The notes: generated by a model from the sequence alone, not told the origin. Shown: positions 34,928-44,721, numbered from the stretch's first letter. The stretch: 64,000 bases of DNA from an uncultured Lachnospiraceae bacterium (GCA_964368755.1 CAYJCR010000001.1:140976-204975); one strand, 5' to 3'. A program made the numbers and translations.

Positions 34928-34995
34928 CATTTTTGATTGATGAGAGTATTTTTTTGTGATATAATACTCGCAATAAGTAGTTAGAGGAAGAGTTT

Positions 34996-35631
34996 GTGAG
35001 TACAAAAAGTGAAGTGTTTGACAAAATATATAGTTATCTAACAAGCCTATTCCCAGATGCTAGTTGTGAGTTGTATTTTAAGAACAACTACGAATTGCTT
35101 ATATCTGTGATACTATCTGCTCAATGTACGGACAAGCGTGTTAATATTGTTACAAAAGATTTGTTTGTCAAGTATCCTAGTCCACAAGATATGGCACTTG
35201 CAGACCTTGTAGAAGTGGAGAATATGATACATTCTTGTGGCTTCTATCATAACAAAGCAAAGAATATTATTAGTGCTTGTCAAGATATTGTATCGAAGTT
35301 TGGTGGACAAGTCCCAAGTGAGTATGAAGAACTTGTATCCTTGGCAGGAGTTGGCAGGAAGACTGCTAACGTAGTGAGGTCCATTGCTTTTGGTCAAGAT
35401 GCGATAGCAGTAGATACACACGTATTCAGAGTAGGCAACAGACTAGGGATAGCTACTAGCAAGACCCCATTAGAGTGTGAGAAGAAACTTCAGAAGTTTG
35501 TACCCAAAGATAAGTGGGGAGAGTTCCACTACTTGTTGGTTCTATTTGGAAGATATAAATGTCGAGCAATAAGTCCATTATGCAAAGAGTGTCAATTGTG
35601 TGAGCTTTGCAAGTATATAAATAGGAGATAG
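34996..35631 (+). CDS. nth: endonuclease III
   Basis: HhH-GPD motif (LAGVGRKTANVV...VDTHV) and a C-terminal Cys cluster (CRAISPLCKECQLCELC). GTG start after AGAGGAAG. Confidence 0.92.
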   Translation: MSTKSEVFDKIYSYLTSLFPDASCELYFKNNYELLISVILSAQCTDKRVNIVTKDLFVKYPSPQDMALADLVEVENMIHSCGFYHNKAKNIISACQDIVSKFGGQVPSEYEELVSLAGVGRKTANVVRSIAFGQDAIAVDTHVFRVGNRLGIATSKTPLECEKKLQKFVPKDKWGEFHYLLVLFGRYKCRAISPLCKECQLCELCKYINRR

Positions 35632-35635
35632 CAAT

Positions 35636-36904
35636 ATGTTTATTGATAAGGTTAAGATTTTTATAAAAGCCGGCAATGGTGGAGATGGTGGTTTGTCATT
35701 TTTGCACGCATCTGGTATGCCCAATGGTGGACCAGATGGTGGTAACGGTGGTAATGGTGGAGATATAATATTCGTTATATCCAACGAGCTCAATAACCTT
35801 GCTGTATTCCACTATAACAAGCATTTTAGAGCAGGTAACGGAGAGAATGGGACCAAGCGTAATAAGAACGGCAAAGATGGCAAAGATATTATTGTTTATG
35901 TGCCAAAGGGTACTATCATTCGTGATGCTGAGACCAACAAAGTGATTGCAGATATGTTCTATGAGAACAAGCACTATACAGTCCTTCAAGGTGGTAAGGG
36001 TGGCAAAGGTAATGCCTTCTATGCTACTTCAACTCGCCAAGCACCAAGATTCAGTCAAGCAGGTGAGCAGACCAAAGAGTATTCAATTATACTTGAACTC
36101 AAGACAATGGCAGATGTTGGACTTATCGGTTATCCAAATGTAGGCAAGAGTACCTTGCTATCAAGCATTACTGATGCTAAACCGAAGATTGCCAACTATC
36201 ACTTCACAACATTGTCTCCTAACCTCGGAGTAGTCAAGTACTATGACCATAGTTTTGTTGTAGCAGATATACCAGGACTTATCAAAGGCGCTAGCCAAGG
36301 CGTAGGACTAGGGCATGACTTTTTGAGACATGTAGAGAGGACTCGTATGCTTGTCCATGTCATCGATATATCATCAGAAGATGGAAGAGATCCATACAAT
36401 GATTTTTGTGTTATCAATGATGAGCTCAAGGCGTTCAGTCCAGTTCTTGCAGAACTTCCTCAGATAGTAGCACTCAACAAATGTGATTTGCTCTACGGAG
36501 AAGATATCAACAAGATTAAGTCCTTTATTGATAAAGTAGGTCCAAAGTACAAGGTCGTAACAATATCGGCATTGTCTAGACAGAATATTCAGAACTTAGT
36601 CAAAGAGATATATGATATGTTAGTTACATTGCCAACACCAGAGCCATTGCCAGTAGAGTATGACAACTTCGATTCCAAAGACGTTAAGTCAGTAGAGATT
36701 GTCAGAGAGGGCGACGCATTCCTACTAAGTGGTGGATATATAGACAATGTCATCAGAGGTGTTGTGCTATCTGATTATCAGTCAGCAGCATATTTCCAGA
36801 AGAGACTCAAAGACGATGGTATCATAGCCATGCTCAAAGCCAAGGGTGCAAAGAATGGCGATACTGTTAAGATCAAAGATATAGAATTTGAATACGTAGA
36901 TTAG
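35636..36904 (+). CDS. obg: GTPase ObgE/CgtA
   Basis: Glycine-rich Obg fold (AGNGGDGGLSF), G motifs GYPNVGKST, DIPGLI and NKCD, plus a C-terminal OCT domain. Confidence 0.95.
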   Translation: MFIDKVKIFIKAGNGGDGGLSFLHASGMPNGGPDGGNGGNGGDIIFVISNELNNLAVFHYNKHFRAGNGENGTKRNKNGKDGKDIIVYVPKGTIIRDAETNKVIADMFYENKHYTVLQGGKGGKGNAFYATSTRQAPRFSQAGEQTKEYSIILELKTMADVGLIGYPNVGKSTLLSSITDAKPKIANYHFTTLSPNLGVVKYYDHSFVVADIPGLIKGASQGVGLGHDFLRHVERTRMLVHVIDISSEDGRDPYNDFCVINDELKAFSPVLAELPQIVALNKCDLLYGEDINKIKSFIDKVGPKYKVVTISALSRQNIQNLVKEIYDMLVTLPTPEPLPVEYDNFDSKDVKSVEIVREGDAFLLSGGYIDNVIRGVVLSDYQSAAYFQKRLKDDGIIAMLKAKGAKNGDTVKIKDIEFEYVD

Positions 36905-36912
36905 GAGAGATT

Positions 36913-37197
36913 ATGATTACAACAAAGCAACGTGCATTCTTAAAAGGTAAGTCAAGCAAAGACCCATGTGTTGCACAAGTAGGCAAAGATGGATTGACTA
37001 AGCCTGTACTTGACGGTATCGAAGGTGTCATCAATGCAAGAGAACTTGTCAAGATCAATGTCTTGAAGAATTGTGATTTGTCTTCAAGCGAAGTCGCAGA
37101 GACACTATCCAATAGACTTACTGCCGACATAGTATCTGTTACAGGCAACAAGATTGTTATGTATCGCAAGTCAGCAAAGAACAAGTACGAGTTATAA
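36913..37197 (+). CDS. yhbY: YhbY-family (CRM domain) RNA-binding protein
   Basis: TKQRAFLKGKS...VGKDGLT..VLDGIEGVINARELVKI. Confidence 0.85.
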   Translation: MITTKQRAFLKGKSSKDPCVAQVGKDGLTKPVLDGIEGVINARELVKINVLKNCDLSSSEVAETLSNRLTADIVSVTGNKIVMYRKSAKNKYEL

Positions 37198-37222
37198 TAT
37201 TTCGTACCTTTATTGAGAGAAC

Positions 37223-37258
37223 AAAAAAACAGTCTAATCATAACGATTAGACTGTTTT
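37223..37258. terminator. bidirectional intrinsic terminator between yhbY and rsfS
   Basis: aaacagtctaatc-ataac-gattagactgttt flanked by A and T runs. Confidence 0.8.
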
Positions 37259-37269
37259 ATTATACCAAT

Positions 37270-37824
37270 TTATTTATTAACCGTGCCGTTCTCAGTATCT
37301 TCTGCAACTCTTACATCTGTTGGTAAGTTGTCGCTACTAGTTGGAGCTTTCTTAGATGGTTTCTGCTTAGCTTTTGCTTTTGACTCAGCAGATTGAGAAG
37401 TCTTCTTGACTAACTTCGTGTCTTTTTTCTCCTGAATACGTTTGACTTTGGCTTCTTTCTTCTCTTGCTCTTTTATCTCTTTGATAATGGTCTCAAATTT
37501 CTTTGATTTGCCATCAGAGTACAATTTCTCAAGATTGTAATACTCTCTGAGTTCTTTAGTAAAGATATGGACTATAACAAATCCATAATCAAGTATTATC
37601 CAACTAGACTCTCCGAAGCCCTCCTTCGAAAGTGCTTCTAGTGGGGAAGCTTCTGATACATAGTTTGCTAGAGCTTTGGCATGGACAAAACTTGTAGCCG
37701 TAGCAAGTATAACATTCTCTGTGAATGATAGTATCTTCGAGACATTGATAAGTAGGATATTCTCAGCCTTCTTCTCATCAAGGACTTTGCAGATATTGAC
37801 TATCTCTTGGTATTCTTGTTCCAT
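37270..37824 (-). CDS. rsfS: ribosome silencing factor RsfS with ~70-aa K/E-rich C-terminal extension
   Basis: RsfS core (KKAENILLINV...ILATATS..H..ALA..V...SWIILDYGFVIVHIF..E.REYYNLEKLY) followed by KEIKEQEKKEAKVKRIQEKKDTKLVKK... Confidence 0.85.
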   Translation of the reverse strand: MEQEYQEIVNICKVLDEKKAENILLINVSKILSFTENVILATATSFVHAKALANYVSEASPLEALSKEGFGESSWIILDYGFVIVHIFTKELREYYNLEKLYSDGKSKKFETIIKEIKEQEKKEAKVKRIQEKKDTKLVKKTSQSAESKAKAKQKPSKKAPTSSDNLPTDVRVAEDTENGTVNK

Positions 37825-37935
37825 ATAAACTCCTTTGACTATAATAAGTATATATCAAAGTTGTGTACTTTGCAAATATTTTTATTACTTTATTAAAAAT
37901 GTCTACTTTGTCCAAAAATCGTCAATAATGAAGGT

Positions 37936-38721
37936 ATGCACAAGACTAGACTCGCAAGCATATCTGACGAAATAGGCAAGATTGTGATAATCTTTGCCGT
38001 GGTTTTTGTCATTCTGAGATACTTTATAGAGAACTTCTATATTTGTTTGGCTGTGTCACTTATTATAGCTTATATTATCAACTCATTGATTAACGCAATA
38101 TTGTTCGGCAAAAAAATAAAGTTGTCTCAAAAAAATGTGTTAAATGCCGATATAGATAGCTATATTATTTCGTTCCTATTGATGAGCGATGAAGAGTGCT
38201 TGAACTTCTTTGCCAAAGTATTTGCCATAGACAATCCTATAATTAAGGACAATATGCTTATCAAAGGCAATACCTGTATTGTACCAATGTTTGCAGGCCC
38301 CGATGTGAGTTGGGAAGCGCTTGCAAGAAATCTACAAAATGCCAAAAGAAATAACTGCAATAAATTAGTCGTACTGTGCAATGAATACAAGCAAGATTTT
38401 CCTACCACAGAAGAGGTTGAACTCAAAGTGTTAACCAAACTTGAAGTATATTCTTTGCTCAATAACTATGGTGTGTTCCCAAGTATTCCAATATCAATAA
38501 GTAAGAAAAAAAACTATACAGCGTTGATCAATGCTATTTTTGACAAACGAAAAGCCAAAAATTACGCCTTCTGTGGAGTAACAATGCTGATATGTAGTTA
38601 TTTTGTGAGCATTAAGATTTATTACATTATTTTTGGAAGTCTGCTTATGTTATTTGCGTTATTTTGCAAGCTTAACAAACGATTTTCTCAACCCAACCAA
38701 GTTCAAAATATTTGGGAATAG
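37936..38721 (+). CDS. hypothetical membrane protein (2 N-terminal and 2 C-terminal TM segments around a ~110-aa soluble domain)
   Basis: 261-aa ORF. The hydrophobic segments were read by eye and I recognise no motif. Confidence 0.55.
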   Translation: MHKTRLASISDEIGKIVIIFAVVFVILRYFIENFYICLAVSLIIAYIINSLINAILFGKKIKLSQKNVLNADIDSYIISFLLMSDEECLNFFAKVFAIDNPIIKDNMLIKGNTCIVPMFAGPDVSWEALARNLQNAKRNNCNKLVVLCNEYKQDFPTTEEVELKVLTKLEVYSLLNNYGVFPSIPISISKKKNYTALINAIFDKRKAKNYAFCGVTMLICSYFVSIKIYYIIFGSLLMLFALFCKLNKRFSQPNQVQNIWE

Positions 38722-38769
38722 ATAATATATTTTGTTGTAAAAAAAACTATTAGTTGTTATAATTGAATT

Positions 38770-39720
38770 ATGGAAATAAATATCATTGAAGGATTGCAAT
38801 CAATATGCTCAAAAGCCTTAGATAACTTGATGTTACTCATAACACAAATGGGTGACGTTGTGTTTTTTGTTGCTATCTTCTGTGTATTGTATTGGTGTTA
38901 TGATAAGAGATATGCTTTGATGTACTCATTCTACTATCTCACTTGTTATGGGCTCAATAGCGCACTCAAAGCCATTATTGCAAGACCAAGACCTTGGCAG
39001 GCAAGTGCTAATGTCGTTAACTTCACCAATTCTTCTGGTTCCTCTATGCCAAGTGGGCATGCTTCATCTATTGCTGTGATGGGCACATCTCTTACAATTG
39101 AAGCTTTCCATAACAAGAAGACTCCAAAGTGGCTCAAGATAACTGCTTGCGTTGTTGTCCCTATCATTTGTATACTTGTGGCATTCAGCAGGATGTATCT
39201 AGGTCAGCATTATCTAACAGATGTCATTGCAGGACTTGCTTTGGGTGTAGGTGTTGCCTTTGGAGCACGATACTTATTTGCGTTGCTTAAAAATAAAGAA
39301 GACAACTTTGCTTTATATTTGTTACCAATATTCTTTGCAGGATTATTTTTGTACCCTAGGGAATTGTTTACTTCCAATCTTATTCATGCCAAGATATACG
39401 AGTATATTGGATTGATTACTTCTGTTATTATTGGCTACACGATAGAGAAGAGATATATCAAGTTCGATATTAGAGCCAACGCCCTATTCAATATCTTCAA
39501 AGTTGTATTTGGGTTGGTGTCTACATTCGCTATTTACAAATTATTTGACTTTATCCTACCTAATATTTTGATATTGAAGTTTTTGACTTGTTTTATTACA
39601 GGTATGTACTTCAGTTGTGGGATAATGTGGTTCTTTAAGTTTTTTAGCAAAATTATGCTTATCGAGTATCGACCTAGGCAGGAGAAAGGTGATGGAAATA
39701 ATATCAAAGAGCGACCATAA
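38770..39720 (+). CDS. PAP2-family lipid phosphatase with extra C-terminal TM domain
   Basis: PAP2 motifs KAIIARPRP, PSGHAS and SRMYLGQHYLTDV, followed by ~130 aa of additional TM segments. Confidence 0.8.
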   Translation: MEINIIEGLQSICSKALDNLMLLITQMGDVVFFVAIFCVLYWCYDKRYALMYSFYYLTCYGLNSALKAIIARPRPWQASANVVNFTNSSGSSMPSGHASSIAVMGTSLTIEAFHNKKTPKWLKITACVVVPIICILVAFSRMYLGQHYLTDVIAGLALGVGVAFGARYLFALLKNKEDNFALYLLPIFFAGLFLYPRELFTSNLIHAKIYEYIGLITSVIIGYTIEKRYIKFDIRANALFNIFKVVFGLVSTFAIYKLFDFILPNILILKFLTCFITGMYFSCGIMWFFKFFSKIMLIEYRPRQEKGDGNNIKERP

Positions 39721-40108
39721 GACATGGAAGATTGCAAAGAAGTTTGGCAAGAATCTTAAGGCAGGGGATATTGTTCTTTTGTCGGGGGATTTGGGTAGTG
39801 GTAAGACAGTTTTTAGTAAGGGCATTGCAAGTGGTCTTGGGATAAAAGATCATGTAACTAGCCCAACATTCACTATATACAACTATTATCAAGGCAAGAA
39901 ATATGACCTATACCACTTCGATATGTATAGAATAGAGAGTGCTGAGGAAGCATTGGCATTCGGTATTGATGAGATTATTGACAATAGAGCTATTAAGTTG
40001 TTCGAATGGCCAGAAGTGATAGGGGAGCTACTCCCACAACATCACTTTGTGATCAATATATCTAAGATTGATGATACAACTAGAAGAATACAAATAGAGA
40101 GGCTATAA
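39689..40108 (+). CDS. tsaE: tRNA t6A37 biosynthesis protein TsaE
   Basis: GDLGSGKTVFSKGIA, VTSPTFTI, HFDMYRI. Overlaps the PAP2 gene by 32 nt. Confidence 0.9.
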   Translation: MMEIISKSDHKTWKIAKKFGKNLKAGDIVLLSGDLGSGKTVFSKGIASGLGIKDHVTSPTFTIYNYYQGKKYDLYHFDMYRIESAEEALAFGIDEIIDNRAIKLFEWPEVIGELLPQHHFVINISKIDDTTRRIQIERL

Positions 40109-40761
40109 TGAATATTTTGGCAATAGATACTACAACCAAGACAATGATTGTTGGTATCAAGAAGTTTAATGTAGTACATAAGAACAGAGATGTTGATAGT
40201 ATCAAGCATCTTGAGTATCTTATGCCTGAGATAGATCGTATGCTATCCGAAGCTGAGATGACAATCGACAATATTGACATAGTTTCAGTAGTAGTTGGAC
40301 CGGGGTCTTTCACAGGTATAAGGATAGGCGTTGCTACAGCGCTTGGGTTGTCAACGAGAAAGCAGTTCAAGACTATCCCAGTCAACTCGCTTGACCTTAT
40401 TGCATATATTAATAACAAAAGGTCTAATACAAGAGAGAATGTCACTTGTATCATACCAAGTTCGTTGAATAAGTATTATGTAGCAGATTATTATGCAACT
40501 GATAGAATAGGTGATATTTATGTCAAGACTATTGACGAGATCAGAAATGATGAGCAGTTGAAGAATAAGAAAGTTGTCTGCCTTGGTGACAATGCTTATG
40601 GTTACCAAGAGATAATGTATGATGCACAAGACCTTATTGATTATACAGAAAAGATGATTGTTAACAACAATTATGCTCCTTTGACCCCATGTTATGTGTC
40701 TTTGTCTCAAGCAGAGAGAGAACTGCTTGCAAAGGAGGCTACTGTTGGATCCAAAGATTGA
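40108..40761 (+). CDS. tsaB: tRNA t6A37 biosynthesis protein TsaB
   Basis: MNILAIDTTT...VVVGPGSFTGIRIGVATALGL. Start is coupled to the tsaE stop by TAATG. Confidence 0.9.
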   Translation: MNILAIDTTTKTMIVGIKKFNVVHKNRDVDSIKHLEYLMPEIDRMLSEAEMTIDNIDIVSVVVGPGSFTGIRIGVATALGLSTRKQFKTIPVNSLDLIAYINNKRSNTRENVTCIIPSSLNKYYVADYYATDRIGDIYVKTIDEIRNDEQLKNKKVVCLGDNAYGYQEIMYDAQDLIDYTEKMIVNNNYAPLTPCYVSLSQAERELLAKEATVGSKD

Positions 40762-41191
40762 GATACATAGATATGACCATAGATTTTTTAATAGAATATT
40801 CGAGATACACAAGGTGTGTTTTCCTGACGATGAAGTAACATCGATGGGGCTAATGGAAGAGATACTTGCTCCGTCTAGGAGATACTTTGTTGCAACAATT
40901 GATGGCAAGGTAGTAGGGTATATCGGAGCGTGGAATACAAAATCTGATTATTCTATAATAACAGTTGCTGTTGACCCAGACAGTAGAGGTATGGGCATAG
41001 CAAAGCGAATGATAGAGGCTCTCAAAGATGATGCAAAGTCTAACGAGATATATGCGATATCTTTGGAAGTGAATGAAGATAATATTCCAGCAATGTGCTT
41101 ATACAGGCAGGCAGGGTTCATAATAACTAACACAAGAAAAAATTATTACAAAGGTGGCAAATCTGCCCACATAATGTGGCTATATATGTAG
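40745..41191 (+). CDS. rimI: ribosomal-protein-alanine N-acetyltransferase (GNAT)
   Basis: GNAT motif VAVDPDSRGMGIAKRMIE...LEVNEDNIPAMCLYRQAGF. The start is taken at TTG 40745, 6 nt after AGGAGG; the ORF-track start at 40694 is less likely. Confidence 0.8.
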   Translation: MDPKIEIHRYDHRFFNRIFEIHKVCFPDDEVTSMGLMEEILAPSRRYFVATIDGKVVGYIGAWNTKSDYSIITVAVDPDSRGMGIAKRMIEALKDDAKSNEIYAISLEVNEDNIPAMCLYRQAGFIITNTRKNYYKGGKSAHIMWLYM

Positions 41192-41194
41192 GAG

Positions 41195-41905
41195 TTGTGT
41201 TTGTTCGATTATGAAGGTGAATGCGTAGATTATGAAGTATTGGGTGAAGGCGAGACACTAGTCTTCTTACATGGTTGGGGCGGGGATAAATACAGCCTTA
41301 GGACAATATATGATAATCTGGCAAGTAGATATAGAATAGTGACATTGACTTTTCCAAAAGAACTTACGAGTCCTTGGACAGTATCAAAATATGCAGATAT
41401 GGTGACAAAATTGGTTGGCAATCTTGAGATAAATAAGTATACTGTTATTGGACATTCATTCGGAGGTAGAGTTGCATTAGAATTGGGCAACTTGGCAGAG
41501 AAGATAGTTCTTATAGATAGTGCAGGTATAAAACCAAGACTAAGTATAAGAAGGAAGATAAATATTCTTCGGTACAAACTGAAGAAAAGCCTTGCAAGAT
41601 GTGGGTTGATTAGTCCTCATAGACTTGCACATTACGGAAGCGAAGAGTATAAGACTCTCAGTCAAGTGATGAAACAGACATTTGTTAATATAGTCAATTA
41701 TGACCAGAAGCATCTGCTATCATCGATACAATCTCCGACATTGATTGTATGGGGAGACAAAGATGCCGATACCCCATTGTATATGGCAAAGATTTTGAAC
41801 AAAAGATTACCTCATTCAGAATTAGTAGTACTGAATGGCAATCACTTTGTGTACCTAGACAAAGCTGATGATATAACAAGACTTATAGACGATTTTGTAT
41901 ATTAG
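41195..41905 (+). CDS. alpha/beta-fold hydrolase
   Basis: HG-type oxyanion motif (VFLHGWGG), nucleophile elbow GHSFGG and C-terminal GNHF. TTG start at 41195 or 41201. Confidence 0.8.
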   Translation: MCLFDYEGECVDYEVLGEGETLVFLHGWGGDKYSLRTIYDNLASRYRIVTLTFPKELTSPWTVSKYADMVTKLVGNLEINKYTVIGHSFGGRVALELGNLAEKIVLIDSAGIKPRLSIRRKINILRYKLKKSLARCGLISPHRLAHYGSEEYKTLSQVMKQTFVNIVNYDQKHLLSSIQSPTLIVWGDKDADTPLYMAKILNKRLPHSELVVLNGNHFVYLDKADDITRLIDDFVY

Positions 41906-41912
41906 GAGAATT

Positions 41913-43544
41913 ATGGATTTCTTTTCACCAACAAATATTCATATGTACATAGCCATTGGACTATCTCTTGTCAATGGTGCTTTGTTGTGCGTGGCGGGGT
42001 ATAAGTTCTTCCAGATTATACAGCTCTCTGGATATAAAATCAAAGGTTACTTCACGTGGCTCAAAGATACCAAAGCCAACTATGTCAACCGTATAATAAT
42101 GCTATGTTTTCTTAGCGTATGTGGAAGCTTAGTTGTTAATTGCTTGTTCGATGTATATAGTCCATTATCCTTGTATTCTTATATCGGATTGATATTCTAT
42201 TTCTATTTTACAATTGTGTTCTGTGTCAATTTGTATTCAGCACCGAAGAAAGTGCCTTTGAAGAATACTCGCAGAATGACAAGGCTTAACATTGCTGCAT
42301 TTGTTTTTATCAGTCTTATCTCATTTGTATTCATTGTACTTTCTAGCAAGTTCTTGCATATGTTTAGATTCGGAGCAGTATGCTTGACGCCATTGTTATT
42401 GCCAGTCATTATACCTTGTGTTCACTGGATAATGGTGCCAATAGAAGAGCTTATTAAGAAGACGTTTGTGACAAAGGCTAAGAAAAGACTTAGTACTATG
42501 CCAAATCTTATCAAGATAGGTATCACAGGTAGTTTTGGTAAGACTAGTACCAAATATATCCTCAATACAATATTGAGAGAGAAATATAGTGTATGCATGA
42601 GTCCACATAGTTTCAATACAACAACTGGATTATGTAAGGTTGTCAATGATTATCTCAAAGATGACAACGAAGTACTTATTGCTGAGATGGGTGCAAGGAA
42701 CAAGGGTGATATCTCAAAGATATGCAATATCATACAACCTAAGTACGCTATTATCACAGGGGTAGGGACTCAACACTTACATACATTCAAGACAGTTGAG
42801 AATATTGCTAATACGAAGTTCGAGCTTATTGATAGTTTGCCAAAAGACGGTGTCGCAGTATTCAATGGTGATAATGAGATAGCTGTCAAGATGTATGATA
42901 GATGCTCTGTGCAAGAGAAATATCTTGTCGGAACCAAAGACTCTTTGGTCAAGGCAACACGTGTACGAGTTGATAATAATGGCACACACTTTTCTTTGCA
43001 AATAGGTGAAGATATTATCAATTGCAATACCAAACTTATGGGTAGGCACAATGTTGAGAATATATCACTTTGTGTGCAACTAGCTAAGGTGCTTGGACTC
43101 ACTCTAGATCAGATAAAGAAAGGTATAGAAAAACTTGAACCTGTAGCTCACAGACTAGAACTTATCGAGAATGATAACGGAGTATTGGTACTGGATGACT
43201 CATACAATGCGAGTGTTGAAGGAAGTACCGTAGCACTTGAAGTCTTAGCCAAACTCGGAAACAAGAAGATAGTTGTTACCCCAGGACTAGTAGAGTTGGG
43301 TACGATAGAGAAGGAAGAGAACTTCAACTTTGGTGTCAAACTCGCAGGGGTTGCTGATTATGTCATCATAGTCAACAAAGTCAATAGCAAGAGTTTGCGT
43401 GATGGATTGCTTAGCAAAGAGTATCCAGAAGATAGGATTATTCTTGTAGATACCTTAGAGCAAGCCAAAGATAAGTTCAGCACTCTCATTAGTAGTGGAG
43501 ACGTGATACTACTTGAGAATGATCTTCCTGATAATTACATCTAG
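41913..43544 (+). CDS. murF: MurF-type Mur ligase (UDP-MurNAc-tripeptide--D-Ala-D-Ala ligase) with polytopic N-terminal membrane domain
   Basis: P-loop GITGSFGKTST sits at about residue 205-215. Also EMGAR, the MurF-like HRLE and DDSYNASVEGSTVALEVL. The first ~185 aa consist of TM segments. Start ATG 41913 after AGGAGA. Confidence 0.8.
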   Translation: MDFFSPTNIHMYIAIGLSLVNGALLCVAGYKFFQIIQLSGYKIKGYFTWLKDTKANYVNRIIMLCFLSVCGSLVVNCLFDVYSPLSLYSYIGLIFYFYFTIVFCVNLYSAPKKVPLKNTRRMTRLNIAAFVFISLISFVFIVLSSKFLHMFRFGAVCLTPLLLPVIIPCVHWIMVPIEELIKKTFVTKAKKRLSTMPNLIKIGITGSFGKTSTKYILNTILREKYSVCMSPHSFNTTTGLCKVVNDYLKDDNEVLIAEMGARNKGDISKICNIIQPKYAIITGVGTQHLHTFKTVENIANTKFELIDSLPKDGVAVFNGDNEIAVKMYDRCSVQEKYLVGTKDSLVKATRVRVDNNGTHFSLQIGEDIINCNTKLMGRHNVENISLCVQLAKVLGLTLDQIKKGIEKLEPVAHRLELIENDNGVLVLDDSYNASVEGSTVALEVLAKLGNKKIVVTPGLVELGTIEKEENFNFGVKLAGVADYVIIVNKVNSKSLRDGLLSKEYPEDRIILVDTLEQAKDKFSTLISSGDVILLENDLPDNYI

Positions 43545-43564
43545 ATAGATAATATATCATATAT

Positions 43565-43594
43565 ACAACAGCAGAACATTGCTGTTGTTTTTTT
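43565..43594 (+). terminator. intrinsic terminator between murF and ddl
   Basis: acaacagca-gaacat-tgctgttgt followed by T7. Confidence 0.7.
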
Positions 43595-43632
43595 CATATC
43601 ATACTATTAAGAAAAAATACTGGAGTTTGTGT

Positions 43633-44721
43633 ATGAAAAATGTCGCAATAATATTTGGTGGAGTAAGTCAAGAACATGATGTGTCTATTATTACTGCAAA
43701 ACAAGTATATGAATCAATAGATAGATCGAAGTATAATATATTACTTATATACATAGACCGTAACAATGTCTGGCATTATGCTGAGAAGTTTGATATCAAA
43801 GATTTTGTCTACAAGTCGGACAGACTTCAAGTAGTAAGTTTAGTTAGTGGCGATAAGACTTTGTATAGAAAAAAAGGTAAGACATTCAAACCTTACAAAA
43901 GTATAGATATTGCTTTGCTTGCCACCCACGGTGGTATGGGAGAAGATGGTGCATTGCAAGCTGTACTTGATGGGAGCGGTATCGTATATTGTTCTTCTGG
44001 GAGATTATCTAGTGCTATCACTATGGATAAGATTGTAATGAAAGCATTGTTCACTACAAATAACATTCCGACTGCAAGATATATAAGTATCAATAAGAAG
44101 ACAGCAACTGCCATGGTAGACAAAATGATACAAAACACTATTGATTATCCTGTTATTGTCAAACCGTCGGGTTTGGGTAGTAGCATAGGTATATCGGTTT
44201 GTAAGACAGACAAAGACCTCGACAAAGCTCTTAACCTTGCATATGCGTATGATCAAAGAGTTTTGATCGAGCAGTATATCGATGGGGCTAGAGAAGTTAA
44301 TATGGCTGTTATTGGGGATCAAGATACTGCCGAATTGTCGCAGACAGAACAGCCGATAGGACTACAACAAATATTGACTTTTGAAGATAAGTATATTAGT
44401 AATAAAAAATCAAAAGGTTCTCAAAAAAGAAAAATGCCTGCAGACATATCTTCTTCAGAGAAGCAACAAATAGAAAATATCAGTAGGCAGTTGTTCGAGA
44501 TATTTGGACTAAGTGGAGTCGTAAGAATCGACTTCTTATTGTCCAAAGATGGAACGGTACTAGTCAATGAGATTAACAGCCTCCCAGGGTCCCTTGCATT
44601 CTATCTATTCAAGTGGAGTTTTAGGAAGCATATTGACAAACTCATTGCAATAGCAGAGAAGAGTTCGGTGTGTAACAAAGTAATATACAAGTCCAAGATA
44701 TTGGACAATTACATTAACTAA
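43633..44721 (+). CDS. ddl: D-alanine--D-alanine ligase
   Basis: MKNVAIIFGGVSQEHDVSI, HGGMGEDGALQ, ATP-grasp motifs and EINSLPG. Start ATG 43633 after GGAG. Confidence 0.93.
   Translation: MKNVAIIFGGVSQEHDVSIITAKQVYESIDRSKYNILLIYIDRNNVWHYAEKFDIKDFVYKSDRLQVVSLVSGDKTLYRKKGKTFKPYKSIDIALLATHGGMGEDGALQAVLDGSGIVYCSSGRLSSAITMDKIVMKALFTTNNIPTARYISINKKTATAMVDKMIQNTIDYPVIVKPSGLGSSIGISVCKTDKDLDKALNLAYAYDQRVLIEQYIDGAREVNMAVIGDQDTAELSQTEQPIGLQQILTFEDKYISNKKSKGSQKRKMPADISSSEKQQIENISRQLFEIFGLSGVVRIDFLLSKDGTVLVNEINSLPGSLAFYLFKWSFRKHIDKLIAIAEKSSVCNKVIYKSKILDNYIN

Noticed and set aside
40351-40908. 185-aa ORF antisense to tsaB/rimI. Similar long antisense ORFs occur at 11860-12330, 32679-33152, 51377-51856, 61061-61507 and 24938-25360.
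   Set aside because: Each lies opposite a gene with strong motif support. Their translations are I/L/S/C-rich with no motifs, and they lack SDs. They are typical shadow ORFs.
41195-41905. Absence of tsaD after tsaE-tsaB-rimI, with an alpha/beta hydrolase in its place.
   Set aside because: Operon composition varies among lineages and tsaD is probably encoded elsewhere. This is not informative from this window alone.
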